A DNA stretch of 64,000 nucleotides from positions 32,001 to 96,000 of the forward strand of contig JAHHIM010000011.1 in the NCBI GenBank assembly GCA_019358915.1. The letters run 5' to 3'. How positions within the stretch are numbered: position 1 is the first letter of the stretch; each line of letters opens with the position of its first letter. Positions 10,628 through 20,855 of this stretch are shown one piece after another. Both the position numbers and the translations under genes were made by a program. This stretch comes from Trichormus sp. ATA11-4-KO1. Lineage in GTDB: Bacteria; Cyanobacteriota; Cyanobacteriia; Cyanobacteriales; Nostocaceae. The notes below the pieces were generated by a model. The model was not told the origin of the DNA. It saw only the letters and a program-made list of their open reading frames with translations, and searched no databases.

Positions 10628-11587
10628 GTGACGGTTTCTATTGAGAAAAGTTTTGCAGCAGATACAAATTTATCTTGGTTAGTTGGGAATGCGCGGTTAA
10701 CTGATTTGTCAGGTCAATTGTTAGGCGCTCATATTGCTCATGCTGGCTTGATTATGTTTTGGGCGGGAACAACAACTATATCTGAAGTTATCCGCTTTGT
10801 TCCTAACGTACCAATGTATGAGCAGAGAATGACTTTATTACCTCATTTAGCAACTTTAGGTTGGGGTGTAGGTGTTGGTGGTGAAGTAGTAGATACTTAT
10901 CCCTATTTTGTTATTGGGATATTGCATTTAGTTGCATCTGCTGTATTAGCAGCAGGGGGGCTTTTTCATGTGTTTCGCGCCCCAGCAATTTTGTACAATC
11001 CTGGCGGACGAGTAGCGAAGTTTCACTATGAATGGAACGACCCTAAACAGTTGGGTTTGATTTTAGGTCATCATCTAATTATTCTGGGTTTAGGGGCATT
11101 TTTATTGGTACTAAAAGCCATGTATTTTGGCGGAATTTATGACCCTAATGTGGGTGATGTTCGCCTGATTAGTAATCCCAATTTAAACCCCATGACAATT
11201 TTCGGCTACTTAGTTGGTCTGAAAGATGGTGACTGGAATATTTTAGGGATGGCTAGTGTTGATAACTTAGAAGATGTGATAGGTGGTCATATTTGGATTG
11301 GCTGCATTCTCATTTTTGGTGGTGTATGGCATATTCTTGTCAGTCCTTTTGATTGGGTAAGACGAATTTTGCCTATCGAAAATGGTGAGGAAATTTTATC
11401 TTATAGCTTACTTGGTTTAGCTTTAATGGCTTGGATTTCTGCTGCATTTGTGGGGTATAACACCACAGTTTTCCCCATAGAATTTTACGGCTCAGAACGT
11501 CTAGGTCTGGCAAATATTCAGTTTTTCATAGGTATCCTGGCTTTCTTAGGTTACGTTTGGCACTCTTGGCGATCGCGCAAGCGCTGA
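10628..11587 (+). CDS. divergent IsiA/Pcb-family protein
   Basis: [30 protein letters not shown]; shortened last loop; GGAGG RBS, GTG start. Confidence 0.9.
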   Translation: MTVSIEKSFAADTNLSWLVGNARLTDLSGQLLGAHIAHAGLIMFWAGTTTISEVIRFVPNVPMYEQRMTLLPHLATLGWGVGVGGEVVDTYPYFVIGILHLVASAVLAAGGLFHVFRAPAILYNPGGRVAKFHYEWNDPKQLGLILGHHLIILGLGAFLLVLKAMYFGGIYDPNVGDVRLISNPNLNPMTIFGYLVGLKDGDWNILGMASVDNLEDVIGGHIWIGCILIFGGVWHILVSPFDWVRRILPIENGEEILSYSLLGLALMAWISAAFVGYNTTVFPIEFYGSERLGLANIQFFIGILAFLGYVWHSWRSRKR

Positions 11588-11654
11588 CTTGTCAGTTCGC
11601 ATCAAGTGAATAGCTAATTAATTTTCGCTCAACACTAGCTAAATAATTTTTCAT

Positions 11655-11692
11655 GCCTGCGGTTCACAGCAGTCAACTGTAGGCTTTTTTTT
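11655..11692 (+). terminator. intrinsic terminator after the isiA pair
   Basis: GCCTGCGGTT/AACTGTAGGC stem followed by 8 T. Confidence 0.65.
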
Positions 11693-11713
11693 GAATTTCT
11701 CTGAGGATGACTC

Positions 11714-11989
11714 ATGTTAGCTATGATTTTTTGTGCCTTTTGTAGTTGGGCAATTGTAATTTTATCTATTTTGAGTGTTTGGTTAACCTTGAAAAAAGGG
11801 ACAAATCATTTAAAACGACTACATGAAATTCCTTGCCATAATTGTGAATATTTCACTAATGACTATCGTCTCAAATGTACAGTAAACCCGATTGAAGCGT
11901 GTTCAGAACAGGCGAGTAGTTGTATAGATTTTGAGCCGAAAACTTGTAATTGTAATGCTTCTCAAAAAGGTCGGAGAAAGCTTGGTTAG
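11714..11989 (+). CDS. small membrane-anchored Cys-rich protein
   Basis: N-terminal TM helix then IPCHNCEYF..LKCTVNP..C..C. Confidence 0.7.
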   Translation: MLAMIFCAFCSWAIVILSILSVWLTLKKGTNHLKRLHEIPCHNCEYFTNDYRLKCTVNPIEACSEQASSCIDFEPKTCNCNASQKGRRKLG

Positions 11990-12124
11990 GATTTTCTAAT
12001 GGTATACATCTCATACCATTTCTTTGTGACTCCTCTTTTTGTGTTCTCTGTGTTCTTTGTGGTTCCAAAATTGTTATCAGAGGACAGTGAAGACTCATTT
12101 ATAAATTTAAAAATCAAAATACCT

Positions 12125-12370
12125 ATGAACCAGCGAACTGATTTCTTATCGGAATTGTGTGATTTTCTTTATCCTCGCAGTCCATATTGTGGGGAGTTTA
12201 AACCAGAGTATTTGGCGTTTAATGCTAATCTCCAAGATTTTTCGCAACGCGTGAACTACATTTGTAGTCTACAAACTGGTGGTAAGCTTTCCCCAGAGGA
12301 GGCTTACAAACAAATCCAGTTACTTTGGAAGCAATTAAAAAATAGTAAAAAGGACTTAGGAATTAGTTAA
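12125..12370 (+). CDS. small conserved cyanobacterial protein (DUF7219-like)
   Basis: FLYPRSPY.GEF.P..LAFNANLQDFSQRVNYICSL.TGGKLSPEEAY; likely start ATG 12125. Confidence 0.7.
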   Translation: MNQRTDFLSELCDFLYPRSPYCGEFKPEYLAFNANLQDFSQRVNYICSLQTGGKLSPEEAYKQIQLLWKQLKNSKKDLGIS

Positions 12371-12427
12371 ATTAACTAGGTAGAATGATGATATTGGCAA
12401 AATATCCTCTACGTTAATTTTTACAAA

Positions 12428-13546
12428 TTACTTTCTTTGTAAGCCAGCTTTGCGAAGGCGTGAAAGCAAACCATGACAGGTGCTGTAATCCTTCTGTATT
12501 TGCTGAATACAAGCTTGGAAATCCTCTAACTTACCTTGATATTCGGCTAAGTCACGTAAATCAATTAGATGACTAATGGCTTGGTCGTAGGATTTTGCTT
12601 GCTTGAGATCAATCAACTTAAAAACATCTTCCCATACTTTATCTTCTCTAGGTGCTAGTGCTTCCAGCTTTTGGATTTTTGCTTGTTGAGCGTCAAGTTG
12701 TTCTTGCTGCTGACGATATTTCTTTTGTTGTTTAGCACTGGCTAACAATTCCGAGAGTGACCTTTGATGCTTACCAGAACTATTGCCAATTTTCTGGGTT
12801 GAAAAAAGTTCTCGTAATCTCTTTAATAGCTGCATCCCAACAAGGGCTTCACCCTTAACAACTCGCAGTAAAAAATCGTTACGTTCTTCTTCTGATAAAG
12901 CTGCTATCCATTCTGTTAACGGTTCAATTTCTTCTTGTTGAGGAACACTAACTTGTGCTGCGGCTGCAATTAAATCTTCATTAATTTGAAAAAATTCGGC
13001 AAATGTTTTCAGAGCAATCGATAAATTTGGCAAATTTGCAGGAACAGGTGGTTCTACTAAATCTTCCTCTTCTTCATCCATGACTAGAGAAGCAGCTTTT
13101 AACCAAGCAAGATACAAAGCACGAAAATCACCGCTTAGTAGGTCGTTGCGTAGTGATACCAACTTAGATAGCCAACCTTCAGCTTCTATCCAATCTCGGT
13201 ATTCTTCATCATCGAGGTTGATATTAAGAATTACATGATTGTCAGTAGTGGCTACTGAAATTTTATCAGGAAGGCAATAGGATTCTAACAATGACACGTC
13301 AACCAGGGATGTTGGCAGGCGAAACATTAATTGTCTAGTGCCCCAGTTTGCCATATACAACATGATGTCAAAGCATTTTTCTAAAACTTGCTGGGGATCA
13401 CCACGAAAATCACCATAGCTGTAAGTAAAAATTGCTTGATTGGATGTTAATTGAACTCGGCTAGATAAAGTCTGAATATAACTTTGTTCTGATGTAGACA
13501 GTGGTCTATCTAATGCCAAAAATTCGTAGTATTGATACTCGCTCAC
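12428..13546 (-). CDS. conserved hypothetical protein (MSEYQYYEF family)
   Basis: 372-aa ORF; likely GTG start 13546 giving MSEYQYYEFLALDRPL..ANWGTRQLMFRLP..GDFRALYLAWL. Confidence 0.75.
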   Translation of the reverse strand: MSEYQYYEFLALDRPLSTSEQSYIQTLSSRVQLTSNQAIFTYSYGDFRGDPQQVLEKCFDIMLYMANWGTRQLMFRLPTSLVDVSLLESYCLPDKISVATTDNHVILNINLDDEEYRDWIEAEGWLSKLVSLRNDLLSGDFRALYLAWLKAASLVMDEEEEDLVEPPVPANLPNLSIALKTFAEFFQINEDLIAAAAQVSVPQQEEIEPLTEWIAALSEEERNDFLLRVVKGEALVGMQLLKRLRELFSTQKIGNSSGKHQRSLSELLASAKQQKKYRQQQEQLDAQQAKIQKLEALAPREDKVWEDVFKLIDLKQAKSYDQAISHLIDLRDLAEYQGKLEDFQACIQQIQKDYSTCHGLLSRLRKAGLQRK

Positions 13547-13577
13547 AATAGCACCTGATAATTTTTTAGACTTTTTC

Positions 13578-14630
13578 TTAATCAAAATCTGCGTATTGAG
13601 GAGGACTAGCCCCAACTCGCTTAGTAATTCTGGGATACTTGCCTGATGGAGCTTTATCTACAATGTTTGTAACATCAATCTGGTGCCACCAATCATCACC
13701 AAAATCAAACCAGTAACCAAACGCATCGTCAATAGATAAACCCAGGGAAGCAATTGTAGTACTAGCAACATCCCCTGTAGGCGCTGCTGTCAAATCTAAG
13801 CTTGAAGATGCTTGTTTTAAGCCATACCGTCTAGCATTAGGATCTTGCGGGCCCCTTCCTCCCACTTGAAATTCATACATATGTTCTTCTTCTCGGTCGA
13901 ATGCCTTGAAGATAATTTTATGCAGATCCTCCAAAGTATTGCTGCTTTTAATCTCAATGGTTCGAGACACCACTGAATTTTTAGCAATAAATTCCTCTGT
14001 AATGGGGCCGTCAATTAAAAACACATCCAGCACATATAAGGCATGAGGAGAAGTATTAACTGCTTTTGGTTCCTGGGGTGATGCTGGCGTTTCACTAATT
14101 TCCTCTGATTCTTCATTGTCCGGAATGTAAGGAATAAAGCCCTGGGCATATGCTACTTCCTGAATTTGTCGGGGTACAGACCTGGCATCGAAGATAAATC
14201 CATCAACAGAAATCATCCAAGCCATTGGGTTGTTGTCTAATTTACTGGGCAGACACCAATTAGGGTCCATCTGATGCATGTCCAGAGTATCTCGTACTTG
14301 TTTTGATTTCGCTTGACCAGTGCTGGAACTGACACCAAACCACTGGTACAAATCCTTGGCACTAATATGAGGATCTTGAGAAGGATCAAAGAGAAAATTG
14401 ACCATACCGATCGCATGAGTAATTCCACAAGCCCAAGTGTTATCCTTACCTTTACTCAGTGGCGATGGTCTCTTGCGACACAGTGCTGCTGTGGCAAATC
14501 GAATCAACTGGCTATATTCATCGTTTAAATGTTGTTTGGCAAAATCATCTGCGATCGCCACAATGCTATTGAACTTTTCTTGCATCGCATTGGGAACGTT
14601 TTCTGATTTCTGAGTTTTAGCCATACTCAT
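13578..14630 (-). CDS. DUF6398-like domain fused to plasmid pRiA4b ORF-3-like domain
   Basis: N-term LCRKRPSPL..WACGI..VNFLFD; C-term RTIEI..TLEDLHKIIFKAF..EHMYEF..YWFDFGDDWWHQI..YPRI..G..PPQY. Confidence 0.75.
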   Translation of the reverse strand: MSMAKTQKSENVPNAMQEKFNSIVAIADDFAKQHLNDEYSQLIRFATAALCRKRPSPLSKGKDNTWACGITHAIGMVNFLFDPSQDPHISAKDLYQWFGVSSSTGQAKSKQVRDTLDMHQMDPNWCLPSKLDNNPMAWMISVDGFIFDARSVPRQIQEVAYAQGFIPYIPDNEESEEISETPASPQEPKAVNTSPHALYVLDVFLIDGPITEEFIAKNSVVSRTIEIKSSNTLEDLHKIIFKAFDREEEHMYEFQVGGRGPQDPNARRYGLKQASSSLDLTAAPTGDVASTTIASLGLSIDDAFGYWFDFGDDWWHQIDVTNIVDKAPSGKYPRITKRVGASPPQYADFD

Positions 14631-14945
14631 TACCCTGGTTTAGTATTATTTAGTGACTGACACCGAATCAAAACTTGCATACTTTATTATAAAAAAAACA
14701 TATAGTGACTAATTGGTATATTAATTTTTACAAGTATCAAAAATATTTGAATTATATCTATTGGATACCGTCACACTCATCGACACTCTACAACTCACAC
14801 CGAGAAGAATGGGTGACTCAAACCTTAAAAGATGCCAAGCAAATATGCCTTAGCTAATTAAGACTGTCAGGATCAGAAGGTAAAGGGTAAAAGTCATCTT
14901 CTTTTACCTTTCGCCTTTTGTTCAACTCCCACAACAGGAGGTTAA

Positions 14946-15986
<1,041 letters not shown>

Positions 15987-16145
15987 TGAATCGGGGGAGT
16001 GTACTTCGACTGCGCTCAGTAACCAGGGAGTGGGGGATTTTCTTGATGGCAACGCTGAATAAAAAGGAGTGATATGAAACACAGGCGAGTTTGAATGTAT
16101 TAAGCGCGATCGCCTAAAGCATCCAAACTTGCAGGTTATGGGGCT

Positions 16146-16207
16146 GAATTACGAATTACGAATTACGAATTACGAATTACGAATTACGAATTACGAATTA
16201 CGAATTA
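16146..16207 (+). repeat. heptamer tandem repeat (GAATTAC)x8 plus 6 bp
   Basis: direct reading; STRR-type tract upstream of pyk. Confidence 0.95.
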
Positions 16208-16242
16208 TTCGCCCCAGACTATTTTTCAAACCCCTAAACTAT

Positions 16243-17673
16243 ATGCGTCGAACCAAAATTATCTGTACTGTTGGGCCTGCTACTTCTACACCTGAAAAAT
16301 TGCCAGCTTTGGTGGAAGCAGGAATGAATGTGGCGCGGCTAAATTTTTCTCACGGCGCTTATGAGTTCCATGCTCAAACTGCTAAACATCTTAGACAAAT
16401 TAGTACTGAACAGCAAAAGCCACTGGCGATTATGCAAGACTTGTGTGGCCCCAAAATTCGTTTGGGAACTTTACCACCAGCAGGATTAACAGTGGAAGCT
16501 GGCGATGAAGTCACTTTTGTGTTGCAAGACAAGGGTGACAGTATCGATGAACTACCTTTACCTTTGCCAACTTTATTTGCAATGGTGCGGCCAGGGGAAC
16601 CGATTTTGATTAATGATGGTCGCGTCAAGTTGATTGTCACAGACCGCGATGCTGATAAAATCCGAGCGTTGGTGAAAATTGGTGGTTTACTTTCTACTCA
16701 TAAGGGTGTCAACTTGCCGGAAACTCCTTTACCTGTGAGTTCCATCACCGAAAAAGACTTGATGGATTTGCGCTTTGGCATCCAGTTGGGTGTGGATTTG
16801 GTGGCGGTTTCTTTTGTGCGATCGCCTCAAGATTTAGAACCGGCTCAAAGGATGATTGAGGCGGCTGGGGCTTCGATTCGTTTGATTGCTAAAATTGAAC
16901 GCGCTGAGGCTGTAGAACGGTTCGACTCGATTCTAGAGGTCGCTGACGGGATTATGATTGCCCGTGGTGACTTAGGGGTGGAAATGCCGATTCACGAAGT
17001 TCCCATGATTCAAAAGGACATTATCCGCCGTTGTAATCATGCTGGCAAACCGGTGATTACTGCCACACAAATGTTAGAGTCGATGATTAGCGCGCCTGAT
17101 CCCACCCGCGCTGAAGCTACTGATGTGGCTAACTCGATCTTGGATGGGACGGATGCAGTCATGCTCTCTGGCGAAACTGCTGTGGGGCAATATCCCATTG
17201 CGGCTGTGCAAATGATGCACGATATCGCTGTGTGTACAGAAAAATCCTTGCAAGAGGGTAGTAGACACGCGTGGTCTCATGCCGCAGGCAGTCTCAGCGT
17301 CACGGAATCGGTGGCAGAAGCGGTGTGTAGAATTGCCTACGAAACCGGCGCACGGGCAATTCTGTGTAATACTTCTTCTGGAAGTACAGCAAAACTAGTC
17401 TCTAAATATCGTCCTTCTACGCCGATTATTGCCCTCACCCCTGATGAAACCGCCTACCGCCAGCTAGCCCTTTCTTGGGGTGTGGAACCCTTACTCATTC
17501 CCCCGGTTTACAATGCAGAAGAAATGTTTATGAATGTGGTGAACACAGTCGTAGAAATGGGTTTAGCGAATCATGGTGACAAGGTAGTCATTACCTCTGG
17601 TGTACCAATTGGTAAATCGGGAACAACAAGTTTAATTAAAGTGCATTCTATTGGACAGCCAATTTTGGCGTAA
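16243..17673 (+). CDS. pyk: pyruvate kinase
   Basis: MRRTKIICTVGPA, ARLNFSHG, IAKIE, MIARGDLG, MLSGETA; likely true start ATG 16243. Confidence 0.96.
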   Translation: MRRTKIICTVGPATSTPEKLPALVEAGMNVARLNFSHGAYEFHAQTAKHLRQISTEQQKPLAIMQDLCGPKIRLGTLPPAGLTVEAGDEVTFVLQDKGDSIDELPLPLPTLFAMVRPGEPILINDGRVKLIVTDRDADKIRALVKIGGLLSTHKGVNLPETPLPVSSITEKDLMDLRFGIQLGVDLVAVSFVRSPQDLEPAQRMIEAAGASIRLIAKIERAEAVERFDSILEVADGIMIARGDLGVEMPIHEVPMIQKDIIRRCNHAGKPVITATQMLESMISAPDPTRAEATDVANSILDGTDAVMLSGETAVGQYPIAAVQMMHDIAVCTEKSLQEGSRHAWSHAAGSLSVTESVAEAVCRIAYETGARAILCNTSSGSTAKLVSKYRPSTPIIALTPDETAYRQLALSWGVEPLLIPPVYNAEEMFMNVVNTVVEMGLANHGDKVVITSGVPIGKSGTTSLIKVHSIGQPILA

Positions 17674-17824
17674 CGCACCTAGAATAGGGCTGAGGCTCAA
17701 GACCGCCGTAAATTTAGGCAATGTTTCCGTAAAATTGCCAAAATCAGCATTTTCAGGAACAGAACAGAGTAACCAAGAAGGGAATTAAGTAAGTCCTAAA
17801 CAAGCACAACTCACGGAGAAATTT

Positions 17825-18829
17825 ATGTCTAAAAGTTTACTAGAACAACTGCGCCAAATGACAGTTGTGGTTGCAGATACCGGAGACATCAAAGCGATTG
17901 AGAAGGTTAAACCCCAAGATGCTACTACCAATCCTTCTTTGATTACTGCTGCGGCACAAATGCCGGAATATCAGGAAATCGTTGACCAAACTTTACTGCA
18001 AGCTAAAAAAGATGCTGGCTCTGGCGCTAGCCAAGCCGAGATAGTTACTTTGGCTTTTGACCGTTTGGCAGTAGCTTTTGGCTTAAAGATTTTACAAATT
18101 ATTCCTGGTCGCGTTTCTACAGAAGTAGATGCCCGCTTGTCTTTTGATACGGAAGCTACCGTTACCAAGGCCAGAGAATTAATTGGCCAGTACAAAGCGG
18201 CTGGTGTAGAGCGCGATCGCGTACTAATTAAAATCGCCGCCACCTGGGAAGGTATCCGCGCTGCGGAAATTCTGGAGAAAGAAGGTATTCATTGTAACCT
18301 TACCCTGTTGTTTGGTTTACACCAAGCGATCGCCTGTGCCGAAGCTGGTGTGACCTTAATTTCTCCTTTCGTTGGTCGAATTCTTGACTGGTACAAGAAA
18401 GATACTGGACGTGATAGCTACCCCTCTGCTGAAGATCCAGGAGTATTATCTGTCACCACAATCTACAACTATTACAAGAAATTTGGTCATAAAACCGAAG
18501 TTATGGGCGCCAGCTTCCGTAACATTGGCGAAATCACCGAACTTGCTGGTTGTGACTTGCTGACTATTTCTCCGGCGCTGTTGGCGGAATTGCAAGCCAC
18601 TATTGGGGACTTACCACGTAAACTTGATCCCGCCAAGGTAGCTAACTTGGAAATTGCCAAAATCACTGTTGATAAAGCTACCTTTGACAAGATGCACGCT
18701 GCTGATCGCATGGCATCTGACAAATTAGCAGAAGGTATCGATGGTTTTACCAAAGCCTTGGTTTCTCTAGAAAAACTCTTAGCAGAGCGACTAGCTCGCC
18801 TGGAAGGAGAAGTGATAGCCAGCCACTAA
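17825..18829 (+). CDS. tal: transaldolase
   Basis: [38 protein letters not shown]. Confidence 0.97.
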   Translation: MSKSLLEQLRQMTVVVADTGDIKAIEKVKPQDATTNPSLITAAAQMPEYQEIVDQTLLQAKKDAGSGASQAEIVTLAFDRLAVAFGLKILQIIPGRVSTEVDARLSFDTEATVTKARELIGQYKAAGVERDRVLIKIAATWEGIRAAEILEKEGIHCNLTLLFGLHQAIACAEAGVTLISPFVGRILDWYKKDTGRDSYPSAEDPGVLSVTTIYNYYKKFGHKTEVMGASFRNIGEITELAGCDLLTISPALLAELQATIGDLPRKLDPAKVANLEIAKITVDKATFDKMHAADRMASDKLAEGIDGFTKALVSLEKLLAERLARLEGEVIASH

Positions 18830-18854
18830 TGGCACTATCCTCAGCATTTGCCTG

Positions 18855-18883
18855 ACAGGTTGAGGAGAAGATCCTTAACCTGT
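18855..18883. terminator. hairpin between convergent genes
   Basis: ACAGGTTGAGGA/TCCTTAACCTGT stem. Confidence 0.5.
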
Positions 18884-18990
18884 TACTCTTAGCATCAATC
18901 AGTTATTCAGTTATCAGTAAAAAGGCATAATTGGGTTTAATTCCCCCACCTTATGCCTTGATAAATATTCGCTATTCACTTTTCACTGAT

Positions 18991-19323
18991 TTAATATCTG
19001 CGCCAGTCATACATTAATCTACCACGACGATCTTGGACTAGCTGCCATTGTCCATGACGATAGTGTTGTCCTCTATAACGAATACGTTGATAGCGTCGTT
19101 GATGACGCATTCTACGGTGATAGTGGTGTCGTTTATAGCGTCTATTACGATAGCGTCTTCTATGATGTCTATGAGCTAACAAAAGTTCTGGAGTAGCATC
19201 TTCCTCCATTAAATTTGTCTGGAGAACATTATTTACATTACTATCTTTAGCTTCAGCTATAGCCGACGGATAAATGAAGGCAAATAGCAAGATGGCAATT
19301 GAATATAGCTTCTGGATTTTCAT
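18991..19323 (-). CDS. secreted Arg/His/Tyr-rich small protein
   Basis: signal peptide ending AIAEA, then a strongly basic C-terminal half. Confidence 0.7.
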   Translation of the reverse strand: MKIQKLYSIAILLFAFIYPSAIAEAKDSNVNNVLQTNLMEEDATPELLLAHRHHRRRYRNRRYKRHHYHRRMRHQRRYQRIRYRGQHYRHGQWQLVQDRRGRLMYDWRRY

Positions 19324-19422
19324 GTTTTGCCTTTCTTTAATTAGCAGTAATTAGTTTATTTAATAGCTGAAAAGTAGCAACCATATAGTTAACCGTTCAC
19401 AAACGTCAAATAGGTAAAAGTA

Positions 19423-20637
19423 ATGAAAGTATTAGTTCTCAATGCTGGATCGAGCAGCCAAAAAAGTTGTCTGTATGAAATTGCAGATAATCTTCCCAAA
19501 GAACCACTCCAACCTTTGTGGGAAGGAAAAGTTAACTGGACTCAAGATCGGGGAGTAGCAGAGATCGAGGTAAAAACAGCCACGGGTGCTGTGCTGCAAG
19601 AATCAATCTATGGTGATTCGCGACGCGCCCACGTTGCTTATATGCTTTATACCCTCAGTCGCGGTGCTACCAAAGTAATCGATCAACTTTCAGAAATTGA
19701 TGTAGTAGGGCATCGTGTAGTACATGGTGGTGAGAAATATCGCCAAAGTGTAGTAATTACAGAAGATGTGAAAAAAGCGATCGCTCATTTTGCTAATTTA
19801 GCTCCAGCACACAATCCAGCCGCTTTAGAAGGGATAGAAGCCATTGAGCAAAGTTTGGGAGGTGTCACCCAAGTGGCAGTATTTGATACAGGATTTCATG
19901 CCACTCTCCCTGATGCAGCTGCTATCTATCCTGGCCCCTATGAGTGGGTAGAGCAAGGTATTCGCCGCTACGGTTTTCATGGGATCAGTCACCAATATTG
20001 CTCTAGGCGTGCAGCCCAAATCCTCAATCGAGATTTAGCATCCCTGCGCTTAATTAGTTGTCATCTAGGTAATGGTTGCTCGTTGGCAGCAATTAAAAAC
20101 GGTCGTAGTATTGACACGACTATGGGTTTCACTCCTTTAGAAGGATTGATGATGGGTAGTCGTTCCGGTTCAATTGACCCAGGAATTCTGATTTATTTGT
20201 TGCGACATTCTAATTACTCAGTCGAAAGACTGGATTATGTATTAAATAAAGCTTCAGGCTTACGCGGAATTTCGGGAGTATCCAGCGACTTACCACAAGT
20301 AATCGAGGCGATCGCCCAAGGTAATTATCGCGCTCAACTAGCTTGGGATATGTATGTACATCACCTGCGGTCTGGTATTGGGTCAATGCTGGCTACACTG
20401 GGGGGATTAGATGCTTTGGTGTTCACCGCAGGTATAGGGGAAAAATCGCCGGGAATTCGCCAAGCCGCCTGTGAAGCATTTGGTTTTTTGGGATTAAAAA
20501 TTGACCCAGCCAAAAATCAACAGCACCCAGTTGACCAAGATATAGCCACATCTGACTCAGCCATCCGGGTATTAGTCATTCATACTCAAGAAGATTGGGC
20601 GATCGCTCAACAATGTTGGCAAATACACAGGAAATAG
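19423..20637 (+). CDS. ackA: acetate kinase
   Basis: VLNAGSSSQK, GHRVVHGG, RRYGFHGISH, HLGNG, FTAGIGE. Confidence 0.96.
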   Translation: MKVLVLNAGSSSQKSCLYEIADNLPKEPLQPLWEGKVNWTQDRGVAEIEVKTATGAVLQESIYGDSRRAHVAYMLYTLSRGATKVIDQLSEIDVVGHRVVHGGEKYRQSVVITEDVKKAIAHFANLAPAHNPAALEGIEAIEQSLGGVTQVAVFDTGFHATLPDAAAIYPGPYEWVEQGIRRYGFHGISHQYCSRRAAQILNRDLASLRLISCHLGNGCSLAAIKNGRSIDTTMGFTPLEGLMMGSRSGSIDPGILIYLLRHSNYSVERLDYVLNKASGLRGISGVSSDLPQVIEAIAQGNYRAQLAWDMYVHHLRSGIGSMLATLGGLDALVFTAGIGEKSPGIRQAACEAFGFLGLKIDPAKNQQHPVDQDIATSDSAIRVLVIHTQEDWAIAQQCWQIHRK

Positions 20638-20692
20638 GGAATGGGCAATGGGCAATGGGAAATGGGGACTAAGAAAATCCCCCTCACTCCCT

Positions 20693-20740
20693 ACTCAGCA
20701 CTCCCCTTCGACTTCGCTCAGGGCTAGCGCACTCAGCACT
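20693..20740 (-). repeat. small dispersed repeat within AGTGCTG heptamers
   Basis: 47/48 identical to 32763-32810 on the opposite strand. Confidence 0.85.
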
Positions 20741-20855
20741 TTAATGTTGCATCTAATAGCACAATCCAAAGTCTGAAACCTAAAATTAAACATAGGGAAA
20801 ATGTTTTAGCGATTACACACTGACAACCAGAGCATACACTTGAGAGGTTATACAG

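Noticed and set aside
16129..16242. N-terminal NYELRIT extension of pyruvate kinase
   Set aside because: It is the translation of the heptamer repeat; the conserved protein begins MRRTKI at 16243.
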